From sequence record NC_054903.1: a DNA stretch of 64,000 nucleotides; one strand, written 5' to 3'. Positions 11,028 through 20,001 of this stretch are shown here, one piece after another (position 1 is the stretch's first letter; every line of letters begins with the position of its first letter). Below the pieces are notes generated by a model. It was not told the origin of the DNA, did not search any database, and was given only the letters and a program-made list of their open reading frames with translations. This DNA is from Enterobacteria phage GiZh. The position numbers were made by a program, and so were the translations under genes.

Positions 11028-11353
11028 TTAAACCATCCTTTAATACGCTGCCACAAAGTTTTCTGTTGAGCTTTGTTAACACCAATTGAGCGAATAACTG
11101 GTTGAGATTCCTGGAATTCTTTATAATCGGCAAGGTAAATTTCGTAAGCTGCATCCGTAAATGAACTTATCGCTGCCATAAAATTATTGCGAATACCTAC
11201 TGGAGCATCTTTACTTTCACGAATAATCATGTATTTACCAGTCTTAATCTTTACAATAGTTCCAAGATAAGCTCCATGGTACCAAATATCCCAGCCCTCT
11301 TGAGTAGGTTCTGCGCAACGACGAAGTTCATTGACAATTTCTAACTTGTTCAT
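11024..11353 (-). CDS. hypothetical protein (109 aa)
   Basis: ORF upstream of motA-distal cluster. Confidence 0.55.
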   Translation of the reverse strand: MNKLEIVNELRRCAEPTQEGWDIWYHGAYLGTIVKIKTGKYMIIRESKDAPVGIRNNFMAAISSFTDAAYEIYLADYKEFQESQPVIRSIGVNKAQQKTLWQRIKGWFK

Positions 11354-11363
11354 TATTTATTCC

Positions 11364-11999
11364 TCACAGTTCAGATGCTACAGTGATTACAGCTTCAATG
11401 TTTTCTACTGAGCGTTTAATGTCAAGATACACATTACCGTTTTTAGCGATTTTACATGACATTCCGATATCAGTAAATTTCTGAATATGATGTTCCATCA
11501 TTTTGTATCCAAAAATTCGCATGTTTCCATTGTTGTTAATTTCAAAATTACGAATTCCGTGAGTGCGTTTTTCTAAAATAGCGAGATAGTTACTGCGATA
11601 AGTTTCGACCTTTTTAAGAACAAATCCATTTTCATCTAAAAGTTTTAACATGAGGTCTTTATCTTCTTCCATATCAGAAGTAATCTCACGAGCTTTACGA
11701 GTTGCTCGTTTTTTCAGCAGTTCCGGAGCATTTTCCTGCGCGTATAAAGTTGCTGCGTTTGAAATAATATCCTGAGCTTCACCTGTAATGATTAATCCAT
11801 CACCAGATTTCTCCACCAGGCCTTTTTTAATCAATACCCCAATATTACTATTAACTACTGCGTTACCTAAATCTGGATGCACCTCACGAACTTCTGCAGC
11901 TGTAATGAAATCTTTCTTAGCAATGGTAATTAAAATCGCAGCAGTTTTTTCATTCAGAACATCGTTAGAAGCTTTGATGATGTAAGTTACTTTAGACAT
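11364..11999 (-). CDS. motA: middle-transcription activator MotA
   Basis: 211 aa; sequence recognised. Confidence 0.9.
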   Translation of the reverse strand: MSKVTYIIKASNDVLNEKTAAILITIAKKDFITAAEVREVHPDLGNAVVNSNIGVLIKKGLVEKSGDGLIITGEAQDIISNAATLYAQENAPELLKKRATRKAREITSDMEEDKDLMLKLLDENGFVLKKVETYRSNYLAILEKRTHGIRNFEINNNGNMRIFGYKMMEHHIQKFTDIGMSCKIAKNGNVYLDIKRSVENIEAVITVASEL

Positions 12000-12035
12000 T
12001 TTCTAATCTCCGTAATTCTGTATCAGTAGTTGATA

Positions 12036-12092
12036 GTTGTATAGTACCACAGTATGCTTTGGTTGTAAACCGTTTTGTGAAAAAATTTTAAA
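12036..12092 (-). promoter_or_regulatory. early (sigma70-type) promoter with A/T-rich UP region, -35 GTTTAC and TGG-TACTAT -10 region, upstream of motA
   Basis: GTTTAC at 12065-12070 (- strand), TACTAT about 18 nt downstream, GGAG SD before ATG 11999; same cassette recurs elsewhere. Confidence 0.6.
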
Positions 12093-12120
12093 ATAAAAAA
12101 GGGAGAGCCTCGGCTCTCCC
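12090..12120 (-). terminator. rho-independent terminator (GGGAGAGCC-GAGG-CUCUCCC + U-run)
   Basis: perfect hairpin followed on - strand by ttttttatttt. Confidence 0.65.
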
Positions 12121-12125
12121 TAAAA

Positions 12126-12275
12126 TTACTGCATGACAGTTATCACAGTCATGATAACACGTTGAATTCCGAACGCAAGAAGACCTCCTGCTATGGCTGG
12201 AACAACGCCTAAACCCGCCAGTAAAATGCTACCAGATACTAATGCAGCGCTTGTAATACCAATGAATGGACTCAT
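12126..12275 (-). CDS. small hydrophobic membrane peptide (49 aa)
   Basis: ATG overlaps gene 52 stop (ATGA); below ORF-track cut-off. Confidence 0.4.
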   Translation of the reverse strand: MSPFIGITSAALVSGSILLAGLGVVPAIAGGLLAFGIQRVIMTVITVMQ

Positions 12276-13600
12276 TTGATTTCCTCTAAATCTTTGGTGT
12301 ATTCGGTAACTACATCAGTAGTTTTCCAATATTCGTTTTCTTCTTTTTTAGCTTTAGCTTCTTCAGCAAGTTTCTTTGCTTCATCGGAAGTCATATGAAA
12401 AATATTCATTCCAACTAGTTTATCAACATAAGAAGAATACATATCGATTTTCGAAAGTTCTTCGGTCAGTTCTTTACGAGTTTTACCCTGTACAACAATT
12501 TCACCTGAAATTACTTTCTTAATGAAATGTGCCTTGGCAAAGGCTAAACGAAAAGCTGACTCAGTTTCTTTGATTTTGTTATCAATTCGTTTTTGGACAT
12601 AAGTTTTACGAACTTCAACAAAGTCTTTAATTAAATCGACTACGTTATCGTAAACTTGTAGTTTTCCTTTCTCATTAATAACCGTAATATTCTGAGAACG
12701 ACGCTCAATCAACCCAAAGTCTTTCATAATTTTTGCATGGCGTTCTTCTTCATTATCGCTCAAAGAATATTCTTTACGGAATTTAACTTTAAAGCCAAAA
12801 CCATGCTCACCACAAGCATCATCCCATGTAATGAAGCCTTTATCTTCAAGTGGGTCTAAGATTTTACTCACATAAGTTTCACGATCATACTTATACGGAA
12901 TCTCAGTGATATGCATTTGAGTTCGTGAAGTAAACTTATATGTTCCACGAATTTCATATTGCCCATCAATTTCAACGACTTCACCACGAAATTCTGGGAA
13001 TTCTACCTTCGGTTTAGTTACTTTCTTTCCTTGAAGAGCTTGCAGTACAGCTTTCTTAACAGAAGAAACACTATGAGGAAGAATGTAAGTTGCATAACCA
13101 GTTGCAATACCGGAAACGCCATTAAGAAGAACAGTAGGAATAATAGGCAAATAGAAAGCAGGCGGAATGTGTTCTTTATCTTGATGTACCGGAGCATATT
13201 CAGTATCTTTATATACGTTATAGAAATTTTTACTTACACGAGCAAAAATATAACGACTTGCTGCTGCTTTTTGGACGGTACGAGAACCAAAGTTTCCTTG
13301 ACCATCTAACAGAGGAAAATTATTATTCCAAGTGTTAGCCATCAAAGCACCTGCGTCTTGCGCAGAGTTTTCACCATGATGATATCCAAGGTCCGCTACA
13401 CCACCTGCAATAGAAGCGAGTTTGTGAAATTTATCTTTATTTCCTCGTGCCAAATCAAGAGCTCGAGCAATAACAAATCGTTGAACTGGCTTAAATCCGT
13501 CAATCATGTTTGGGATAGCACGATTTTCAACCGTGTACATAGCATAAGCCAATGCTTCATTATCAATGATACTTTTTAAATCGCGATTATTCAGTTGCAT
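12272..13600 (-). CDS. 52: DNA topoisomerase II medium subunit gp52
   Basis: 442 aa, same as T4 gp52; type II topoisomerase A-subunit-like sequence. Confidence 0.9.
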   Translation of the reverse strand: MQLNNRDLKSIIDNEALAYAMYTVENRAIPNMIDGFKPVQRFVIARALDLARGNKDKFHKLASIAGGVADLGYHHGENSAQDAGALMANTWNNNFPLLDGQGNFGSRTVQKAAASRYIFARVSKNFYNVYKDTEYAPVHQDKEHIPPAFYLPIIPTVLLNGVSGIATGYATYILPHSVSSVKKAVLQALQGKKVTKPKVEFPEFRGEVVEIDGQYEIRGTYKFTSRTQMHITEIPYKYDRETYVSKILDPLEDKGFITWDDACGEHGFGFKVKFRKEYSLSDNEEERHAKIMKDFGLIERRSQNITVINEKGKLQVYDNVVDLIKDFVEVRKTYVQKRIDNKIKETESAFRLAFAKAHFIKKVISGEIVVQGKTRKELTEELSKIDMYSSYVDKLVGMNIFHMTSDEAKKLAEEAKAKKEENEYWKTTDVVTEYTKDLEEIK

Positions 13601-13604
13601 AAAT

Positions 13605-13745
13605 TTACCATACTAGTGAATGTAGTGCCATAATAACATCAGAAATGAAAAGCACGACTTGAATTAATCCGAACATTACTCCATAATATAGTGCTACTAA
13701 TAAAGTAGCAAGGGCTAATGAATAGCCCAAGATTTTCTTAATCAT
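13605..13745 (-). CDS. small hydrophobic peptide (46 aa)
   Basis: ATG/stop coupling with neighbours; resembles T4 small membrane ORFs (ac/52.1 region). Confidence 0.3.
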   Translation of the reverse strand: MIKKILGYSLALATLLVALYYGVMFGLIQVVLFISDVIMALHSLVW

Positions 13746-13896
13746 TAGTAGATAACAACACAAATGTTAAATATGCACACATACCCTGGGCTAAAGCTTG
13801 TGAAAACACACTGCTAGCATCGATACAGATAGTTAAAACACATGCTACTATCCAACAAATAAATGAAATAACTCCTAATAATTTTGCGATATTCAT
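13738..13896 (-). CDS. small hydrophobic Cys-containing peptide (52 aa)
   Basis: RBS GAGGA upstream; membrane-like. Confidence 0.35.
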   Translation of the reverse strand: MNIAKLLGVISFICWIVACVLTICIDASSVFSQALAQGMCAYLTFVLLSTND

Positions 13897-13983
13897 ATTT
13901 TCCTCACTGGCGTCCGAAGACGCCTTTAGTTTTAAGATTGTTACGATAAAACTGCATCACATGTTCGTTGTGGAAATTACTCA

Positions 13984-14427
13984 TTAATATGCCTGCAAAA
14001 CGAATTTAAAGTTATCAGCCAACATACGGTTCATTTCTTCAAGTGTTTGATACTCAGAATGATGATTACGAGTAAACGCCAAAGCTAACTGACCTTTACC
14101 AAATCCTGTCGTCAGAGGTTTCATCTTAGAAGCAGGCAGATAAAATACTGTGTATGGAACATTGTTATTTGCAATAGTACGCGCAAGTTGAGACCGGCGT
14201 TGACGAATATGACTTAGAACTGCGCTGAATCCTTGCTTAGAACGCTGATTACCCACATAAAATCGTGCGGATACGCATGAACCATCGAATTCATTTACTA
14301 AAAAGTAAAATCCAGGTTTAGATAAAATATCTTTATGCGGAGTTCCCAAAAACCACTCACCGCCCTTGATTGTACCAATAACAGTAGCGCCTGCGTTGTT
14401 CAGATCAGTAACAGCCATATATTTCAT
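13984..14427 (-). CDS. ndd: nucleoid disruption protein Ndd
   Basis: sequence recognised from [19 protein letters not shown]..; RBS GAGGAAA; ORF-track start 14475 probably too long. Confidence 0.8.
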
Positions 14428-14487
14428 TTTAATTTCCTCTAAATTATTTTCTACTCCAAGGCCGCATGAATACATACGGCCGATAAA

Positions 14488-14703
14488 TTAATCGTCGCAG
14501 TCGACGCTCAATTCCCAAAACTCTTCTACAGTATAAGTTTCAGTATCATTTTCAATACAGAAACGTTCATTACTATTATTTGCTAAAGTAGCATTAACTG
14601 TCGGTTTCTCGCTAGTGCTCTTAAGAGGTGAAATACGAATTAACTGATCACCATTATCTAAACAGAAAATTTCACCAACTTTTACATCTTTAAAACTTTT
14701 CAT
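14488..14703 (-). CDS. hypothetical protein (71 aa)
   Basis: ORF. Confidence 0.5.
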   Translation of the reverse strand: MKSFKDVKVGEIFCLDNGDQLIRISPLKSTSEKPTVNATLANNSNERFCIENDTETYTVEEFWELSVDCDD

Positions 14704-14818
14704 AATTCACCTCAAGGAGTATAAAATCCAAATGCAGTTGTTGACCATCCCATCCAATATGGGAAATTTGCACCAATGTAAAACATGAGAATATAAAACC
14801 AACCACTCAGCAAATTCA

Positions 14819-15037
14819 TCATTTTACACCATTCCAAATTGTTTCAACCACAGATTTTAAACCATTTTGATGAATATCCATTCCGACTACCGCCATCAAA
14901 TAGATTCCAACTACAACTGAACCTAAGGCAAAAATCAGCATGAAAATGAATAAAGCCGGAAAAATATTATCGAAAAACCATTCAATAAATGTAAAAGCAC
15001 TACGTTTACGCTTCATATTTTCCTCACATAAATCCAA
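14819..15037 (-). CDS. hypothetical membrane protein (72 aa)
   Basis: hydrophobic segment. Confidence 0.45.
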   Translation of the reverse strand: MDLCEENMKRKRSAFTFIEWFFDNIFPALFIFMLIFALGSVVVGIYLMAVVGMDIHQNGLKSVVETIWNGVK

Positions 15038-15137
15038 AATAAGCGTTTAATACATCAATCATTAAAACGATTGGGAATATACTCAAAACTACTAGTATTA
15101 TAACTACATTCCATATAGCTTTAATAATCTTTTTCAT
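15024..15137 (-). CDS. small membrane peptide (37 aa)
   Basis: ATG with GGAGGAA RBS just downstream of an early-promoter cassette; ORF-track 69-aa version would overlap the promoter. Confidence 0.3.
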   Translation of the reverse strand: MKKIIKAIWNVVIILVVLSIFPIVLMIDVLNAYFGFM

Positions 15138-15159
15138 TTTCTGTTCCTCCGTAGTTGAT

Positions 15160-15215
15160 AGGGTAATAGTACCACGGAAGAACAGTCTTGTAAACAACTT
15201 TTTAAAAATATTCGT
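15160..15215 (-). promoter_or_regulatory. early promoter cassette (GTTTAC ... TACTAT)
   Basis: repeat of the motA-type promoter sequence. Confidence 0.5.
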
Positions 15216-15379
15216 AATAAATGTGAATACCAACTACTACCGCTGAAACCTGTGCAACCCACCACGCACAAGCAATAAGTACAGAATTCAAAATTTTCAT
15301 AATAACCTCATCACAAAAGTAAATGTTAAACAAATTACTGGAATACTAATTAACCAAACAAAACACCACCATAATGAAC

Positions 15380-15643
15380 TCATAGCTCAATCTCAGCGAT
15401 TTTCATTTCATTACTATTAATAGCCTCTTTAAGACTATCTGAAAGAATTACATTCCAGTGGTCATTCATATGACCATTAACTAAGCGTGTAATTTCTTCA
15501 GGAGTTGAAAAATAAGGCTGATCAGACTCCCAATGCGATAATCCTAAGCGAGTATAAATCATGCCTTCATCATCGCTCGAATATTCAACTGACACAAACT
15601 CATCAGTTATTTTATGCTTAGCATAATAAAATTTAAATTTCAT
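15380..15643 (-). CDS. hypothetical protein (87 aa)
   Basis: start set at ATG with GGAGAG RBS downstream of promoter cassette. Confidence 0.5.
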   Translation of the reverse strand: MKFKFYYAKHKITDEFVSVEYSSDDEGMIYTRLGLSHWESDQPYFSTPEEITRLVNGHMNDHWNVILSDSLKEAINSNEMKIAEIEL

Positions 15644-15669
15644 TTTACTCTCCAAATCCGTATCAGTTG

Positions 15670-15725
15670 ATAGTTGTATAGTACCACGGTCCTTGTGGTA
15701 TGTAAACCGTTTTGTGAAAATTTTT
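15670..15725 (-). promoter_or_regulatory. early promoter cassette (GTTTAC ... TACTAT)
   Basis: near-identical to the motA promoter region. Confidence 0.5.
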
Positions 15726-16281
15726 AAATGGAAAGATACCATCCGTTGTAGTTGCTTTTTCTTACAACCTTACGAAGGTCTTCTCTGTCACCGATGAACT
15801 TCGGAGTGTACTGGATGACACCTGGATGAATTTCTTTAGTGTTGAATATAATTATACAGTCGGCGACTTGATGATTTAGAATGGGCCCTAGATTTATTCC
15901 AGAACCATATGGATACTCTCCGCTGCATCCTGTTGTTACCGAAATCCAACGTGAGTCAGTTTGATGTGTCTTAACTTCTACACGAAGCCCACAGTATTTT
16001 GGATGCGCCAATACATCCCATGCGTATGTATACGGGTCATTAACATCCTCTTGGCCTTTATTAACATACCCGCTTAGCCAATCTGCTACAAAAAATTCTG
16101 CGTACACAGCGATACGGCATCTTTCGATAACTTCTGCCTTATCCTGATTTGGATTTTGTTTTAAAGAGTATCTTGCTGTATCAGCAATTTTGACCTTCAT
16201 TTCACTAGTCAAGTCACTGTTCGATAGGGTAAATGTCGGAATCTGAAATAGTCTCTGTAAACCCGGATTCGTTTTCTGCAT
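15724..16281 (-). CDS. denB: endonuclease IV DenB
   Basis: 185 aa, same as T4 DenB; position next to rIIB. Confidence 0.8.
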   Translation of the reverse strand: MQKTNPGLQRLFQIPTFTLSNSDLTSEMKVKIADTARYSLKQNPNQDKAEVIERCRIAVYAEFFVADWLSGYVNKGQEDVNDPYTYAWDVLAHPKYCGLRVEVKTHQTDSRWISVTTGCSGEYPYGSGINLGPILNHQVADCIIIFNTKEIHPGVIQYTPKFIGDREDLRKVVRKSNYNGWYLSI

Positions 16282-16344
16282 TAAACTTTCCTTTTACGTC
16301 GGAATCACTGATATTCATACAATAAATCATAGTTTCCCTTAAAA

Positions 16345-16366
16345 CAAAAGGGCCGAAGCCCCTTAT
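16345..16366 (-). terminator. hairpin (GGGGCUUCGGCCC) + U-run
   Basis: stem-loop with UUCG loop and ttttgtttt. Confidence 0.5.
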
Positions 16367-16367
16367 T

Positions 16368-16562
16368 TTATTTGAATTGTGCAATTCTTTTTTCTAAACA
16401 CTCTGCGTAAGATTTCATTGAGATGAACTGTGAAAGTAGAAGTTCTTGCTCAACTGCACTAACTGTTAGAAACTTTGTGCTTTCTAAAAATTTGCTCAGT
16501 GCATTAATTTTGAGCATTAATTGATCGTATTCTTCTTTTACTCGTGCTTGATAACCTAACAT
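16368..16562 (-). CDS. hypothetical protein (64 aa)
   Basis: ORF between rIIB and denB. Confidence 0.5.
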   Translation of the reverse strand: MLGYQARVKEEYDQLMLKINALSKFLESTKFLTVSAVEQELLLSQFISMKSYAECLEKRIAQFK

Positions 16563-16590
16563 AATTTTCCTTAGTTAAGGGCCAAAGCCC

Positions 16591-17529
16591 TTATTTAAAT
16601 TGTTCAGTAACGTCTTCAACTACTTCGTATTGGCAGGTACGCATTTTAGCATCGTTGTAATCAATCGGAATTGATACTACATCACGTGGATGTACTTTAA
16701 CTTTTACAACTCGGCTGGTTGAACTGCCAAAGTGACGAATATAAGATTTAGAACACACATGCAGACCACGAGAACAAGTTTGTGTATCATCGTCATTCAC
16801 ACGAGTACGCGGCATTTTAACTACTTTACCAGGACTGTTATCAAAGGTGTTTGAGTGACAGTCAAAGTAGTTGTCACGAACTACTTTCCAAGCATAGAAG
16901 TAACCATCTTCTGTAATTTCAATATCGTTTGCTACCAAGAAATCAAAGAGTCGAGATACCGCTTTCTGGCTTGGGTTTTCCAGCAGATTTTCCAAGAACG
17001 GAAAATAAAATTCAAAGTTTTCACCTTTTTCCATCGAATCGAGAATACGATCAACTAAACCAGACCGTAATTCGATATTTTGATAGAACAAGCTTCCGCC
17101 TTCAATTCGAACATCGCCGGAAATATATTTTTCAACAGCGCGACGAACATTAATTTTTTGTGCCGCTTCTTCCAACTTATCTGCTACAAGCAGATTAAGA
17201 ATTTCCTGGAAGTTTGAATGAGTATTAGGAGTTGCGTTATAAGTTACACCGTCAACAGTAATTGAAATGAATTTTTTAGATGCATTCCAAATAATGTCAG
17301 ATTTAGCAACTGGAGCAATAACTGCATCGCTATTAACTTTAATTGTAATATCACCGCTAATAGTAACTTTAGAGCGTTTAGCTTCTTCAGCATTTTTCAA
17401 AACACGACGAATTGTGTCAACCGATACACCTTGCCAATCAGCCAATTCCTGTTGGGTGTAATTACCACTTGAATACAGCTTAACAATTTCAGCTTGTTCG
17501 TTTTTGGTCAGGCATTTAATATTGTACAT
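16591..17529 (-). CDS. rIIB: rIIB (membrane-associated rapid-lysis / Rex-exclusion protein)
   Basis: 312 aa, same as T4 rIIB; directly downstream of rIIA. Confidence 0.9.
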   Translation of the reverse strand: MYNIKCLTKNEQAEIVKLYSSGNYTQQELADWQGVSVDTIRRVLKNAEEAKRSKVTISGDITIKVNSDAVIAPVAKSDIIWNASKKFISITVDGVTYNATPNTHSNFQEILNLLVADKLEEAAQKINVRRAVEKYISGDVRIEGGSLFYQNIELRSGLVDRILDSMEKGENFEFYFPFLENLLENPSQKAVSRLFDFLVANDIEITEDGYFYAWKVVRDNYFDCHSNTFDNSPGKVVKMPRTRVNDDDTQTCSRGLHVCSKSYIRHFGSSTSRVVKVKVHPRDVVSIPIDYNDAKMRTCQYEVVEDVTEQFK

Positions 17530-17540
17530 AATTTTCCTTA

Positions 17541-19718
17541 TTAGGCCGCAAGGGCCTTCATAGTTTTAGCGATTTGGGAAACTTCATCATCACTTAAAGA
17601 GTTGCGATAACCGATGAAGTCGGAAACAATACGGAATTTCTTGGTAAACTCAGCAACCATTTTATCACTATTTTTTGAAGCATTACGTGATAATTCATCA
17701 AAGAGATTAGTTACTGTCCAGATATCATGACCGATGGTATCTTTTCCACCATTGAAATACACACCGCGTAATGAACTAACCATATTACCAAGTCGTGTAT
17801 ATTCTTCAGAAACTTCATCTGTACTGAAGTACTTCATCATAAAATCTAGTTCAGGATACTTGATAATTTTATCAATATATCGTTGAGCTGAACTTGAATA
17901 ACCTACATACTTATCATAATCTACATCATCAAAAGCATCTACATATAAATCACGCAAAGCTTCAAAAATACATTGGCACTGACCGAGTTCTTTTACCTTT
18001 TTCTGTAAAAGCGGACGAATAACATAAAATTCATTAATGCCAATAAGATTAGCCATACGAATCAAAATATTCATAGATGGATGACAAAGTGATGTAGTAC
18101 CATCCATAGAGAAAATATCAGAACGATGCATATACGCTACATAACCAGTAATTTCATCTGCTTCTGACGTAAGTGTAAATAATTCCTCTTTTTCCCAACG
18201 CCCATCTTTAATTTCAAACTTAAATGCTGTAGCAGCTTTAGGACGAGGAGCTTTACTTTTAACTACCTTTGGAATATAGCTTTTAACTAAAGCTTCAATT
18301 TCTGACAAATAATGAATGTTAACTTCATCACTTTCAAACATTGCCATAATATCAGGTAGTAAATCAATCTGCGATTCTACTTCCGGATTAATAAACAGAA
18401 GACGCTCATTGTGATGAATATTTAAAGTGTTATTAAATTCACTATCATCTAGCGCATGTGCTAATCCACGGACAATATTAACACGATTTTTAATATTATC
18501 AATAACGATATTAATTTTTGTTGTATTAATACCAAACAGACGATAACTTGACGCAACGGCTGATGTTTCATGACTTTGCTTAATGCGCTTCAGTCGAGGG
18601 TCAAGATTTACTTCATACACAACTCCTGCATTACATAACTTACTGTCAGGTTCAAACATGCTCTGCATTTTCTTATATGACAGATTTTTAGTCGTGAATT
18701 TGACTGAATTACTAATCATATAATCTCGAGCAGAATACCCCATCTTCATCAATTCACGATATGTGTGACGAGGAGATGTAGATTCTTTAAATCGTTTTAC
18801 ATCTTCATTAAATGCTTTCTCACTAAGCTCTTTAACTCGTTCAATGATATTTTTACGAGTGCGATCATCTAGTGAAAGAGCCTCGCGAGATGGAGCAATA
18901 TCAAGTGAACCCATTGGAAACTTAATGTAATTCACTTCATTGCGAATGCTTAGCCAGTTACGGTCTCTAATAACACCATCGATAGGATAAACAATACCGC
19001 CATAGATAGCATATAATCCACCACGATCAGGCCAGTATCTTTCTGGATTTACACCATAATAATCATCAAAATCAGGAAAATAATCAATTTCGCGGTCAAG
19101 ACCATTAATGATAGCCAAATCTTTGAACGGTCGCATGATATAAGAAACTTCATAAGCAAAGTTTCTAAAGTCTTTTTCTTCAACTGGAACTACGATTTCA
19201 ATACCAGTTTTATCATCTGGACCCATTTCTTTTACGAATGTAGGTTTAATCTGTGGGCCATCACCATCCATGTAAGCTACATAACCACGAATTTCACCTT
19301 TATGATACGAAGTAATACTAAACGTATCAGTATAACTAAACGGAGATTTAGAACCTAAACCAAATCCGCCAATAAAGTCATTAGATTCAGCCTTAGATGA
19401 ACTGAAGTATGAATTATACAGCCCAGGAGAATTATCATCACCCTGAATATCAAAATCACTCATACCCGGACCAAAATCTCGACAAACAAATCGTGGATCT
19501 AATCGTCCTGGAACTTGAATGATAAATTTTTCAGGATTTCCATTAAGTGCATGAGCATCAATCATGTTAGTAATCAATTCACGGACTACTGCGCGAATCT
19601 TGTTTGTATACAAATCAGATGACAGAATTTTAAATACTTTAGGATTTGCTGCGATGCTAAATGCTTTTGATTTAGAACCATTGCCAAGAATTGTTTCTTT
19701 TTCAGTGGTGATAATCAT
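17541..19718 (-). CDS. rIIA: rIIA
   Basis: 725 aa, same as T4 rIIA; GHKL-ATPase-like N-terminus. Confidence 0.9.
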   Translation of the reverse strand: MIITTEKETILGNGSKSKAFSIAANPKVFKILSSDLYTNKIRAVVRELITNMIDAHALNGNPEKFIIQVPGRLDPRFVCRDFGPGMSDFDIQGDDNSPGLYNSYFSSSKAESNDFIGGFGLGSKSPFSYTDTFSITSYHKGEIRGYVAYMDGDGPQIKPTFVKEMGPDDKTGIEIVVPVEEKDFRNFAYEVSYIMRPFKDLAIINGLDREIDYFPDFDDYYGVNPERYWPDRGGLYAIYGGIVYPIDGVIRDRNWLSIRNEVNYIKFPMGSLDIAPSREALSLDDRTRKNIIERVKELSEKAFNEDVKRFKESTSPRHTYRELMKMGYSARDYMISNSVKFTTKNLSYKKMQSMFEPDSKLCNAGVVYEVNLDPRLKRIKQSHETSAVASSYRLFGINTTKINIVIDNIKNRVNIVRGLAHALDDSEFNNTLNIHHNERLLFINPEVESQIDLLPDIMAMFESDEVNIHYLSEIEALVKSYIPKVVKSKAPRPKAATAFKFEIKDGRWEKEELFTLTSEADEITGYVAYMHRSDIFSMDGTTSLCHPSMNILIRMANLIGINEFYVIRPLLQKKVKELGQCQCIFEALRDLYVDAFDDVDYDKYVGYSSSAQRYIDKIIKYPELDFMMKYFSTDEVSEEYTRLGNMVSSLRGVYFNGGKDTIGHDIWTVTNLFDELSRNASKNSDKMVAEFTKKFRIVSDFIGYRNSLSDDEVSQIAKTMKALAA

Positions 19719-19728
19719 AATTTCCTCA

Positions 19729-20001
19729 TTAATTCATATTACGTTTAATAACTTCAGCAACTTCTAGTAGTTCATCTTTAGTTGCGGTGTCGGATTGAAT
19801 TTTATCTCTAATATCTTTAAAGCGGTTTTTAAATTCTTCGGCTTCTCCCATATCGAAAAAGCGTTGAATGATTCTATATTCTCGATGAACTGCTTTATCA
19901 AAAAGTTCTAAATTTACTCTATATGATTTCATTTCAATATCCTCATTTGCCCAATTAATTATACCACATCCTTGTGTAAAGTAAACTACTGGCTCATCCA
20001 T
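19729..20001 (-). CDS. hypothetical protein (90 aa), rIIA.1-like
   Basis: ORF between gene 39 and rIIA. Confidence 0.55.
   Translation of the reverse strand: MDEPVVYFTQGCGIINWANEDIEMKSYRVNLELFDKAVHREYRIIQRFFDMGEAEEFKNRFKDIRDKIQSDTATKDELLEVAEVIKRNMN

Noticed and set aside
11788-13579. Antisense ORFs within motA and gene 52 (11788..11985, 12959..13309, 13358..13579)
   Set aside because: Embedded in well-supported genes on the opposite strand.
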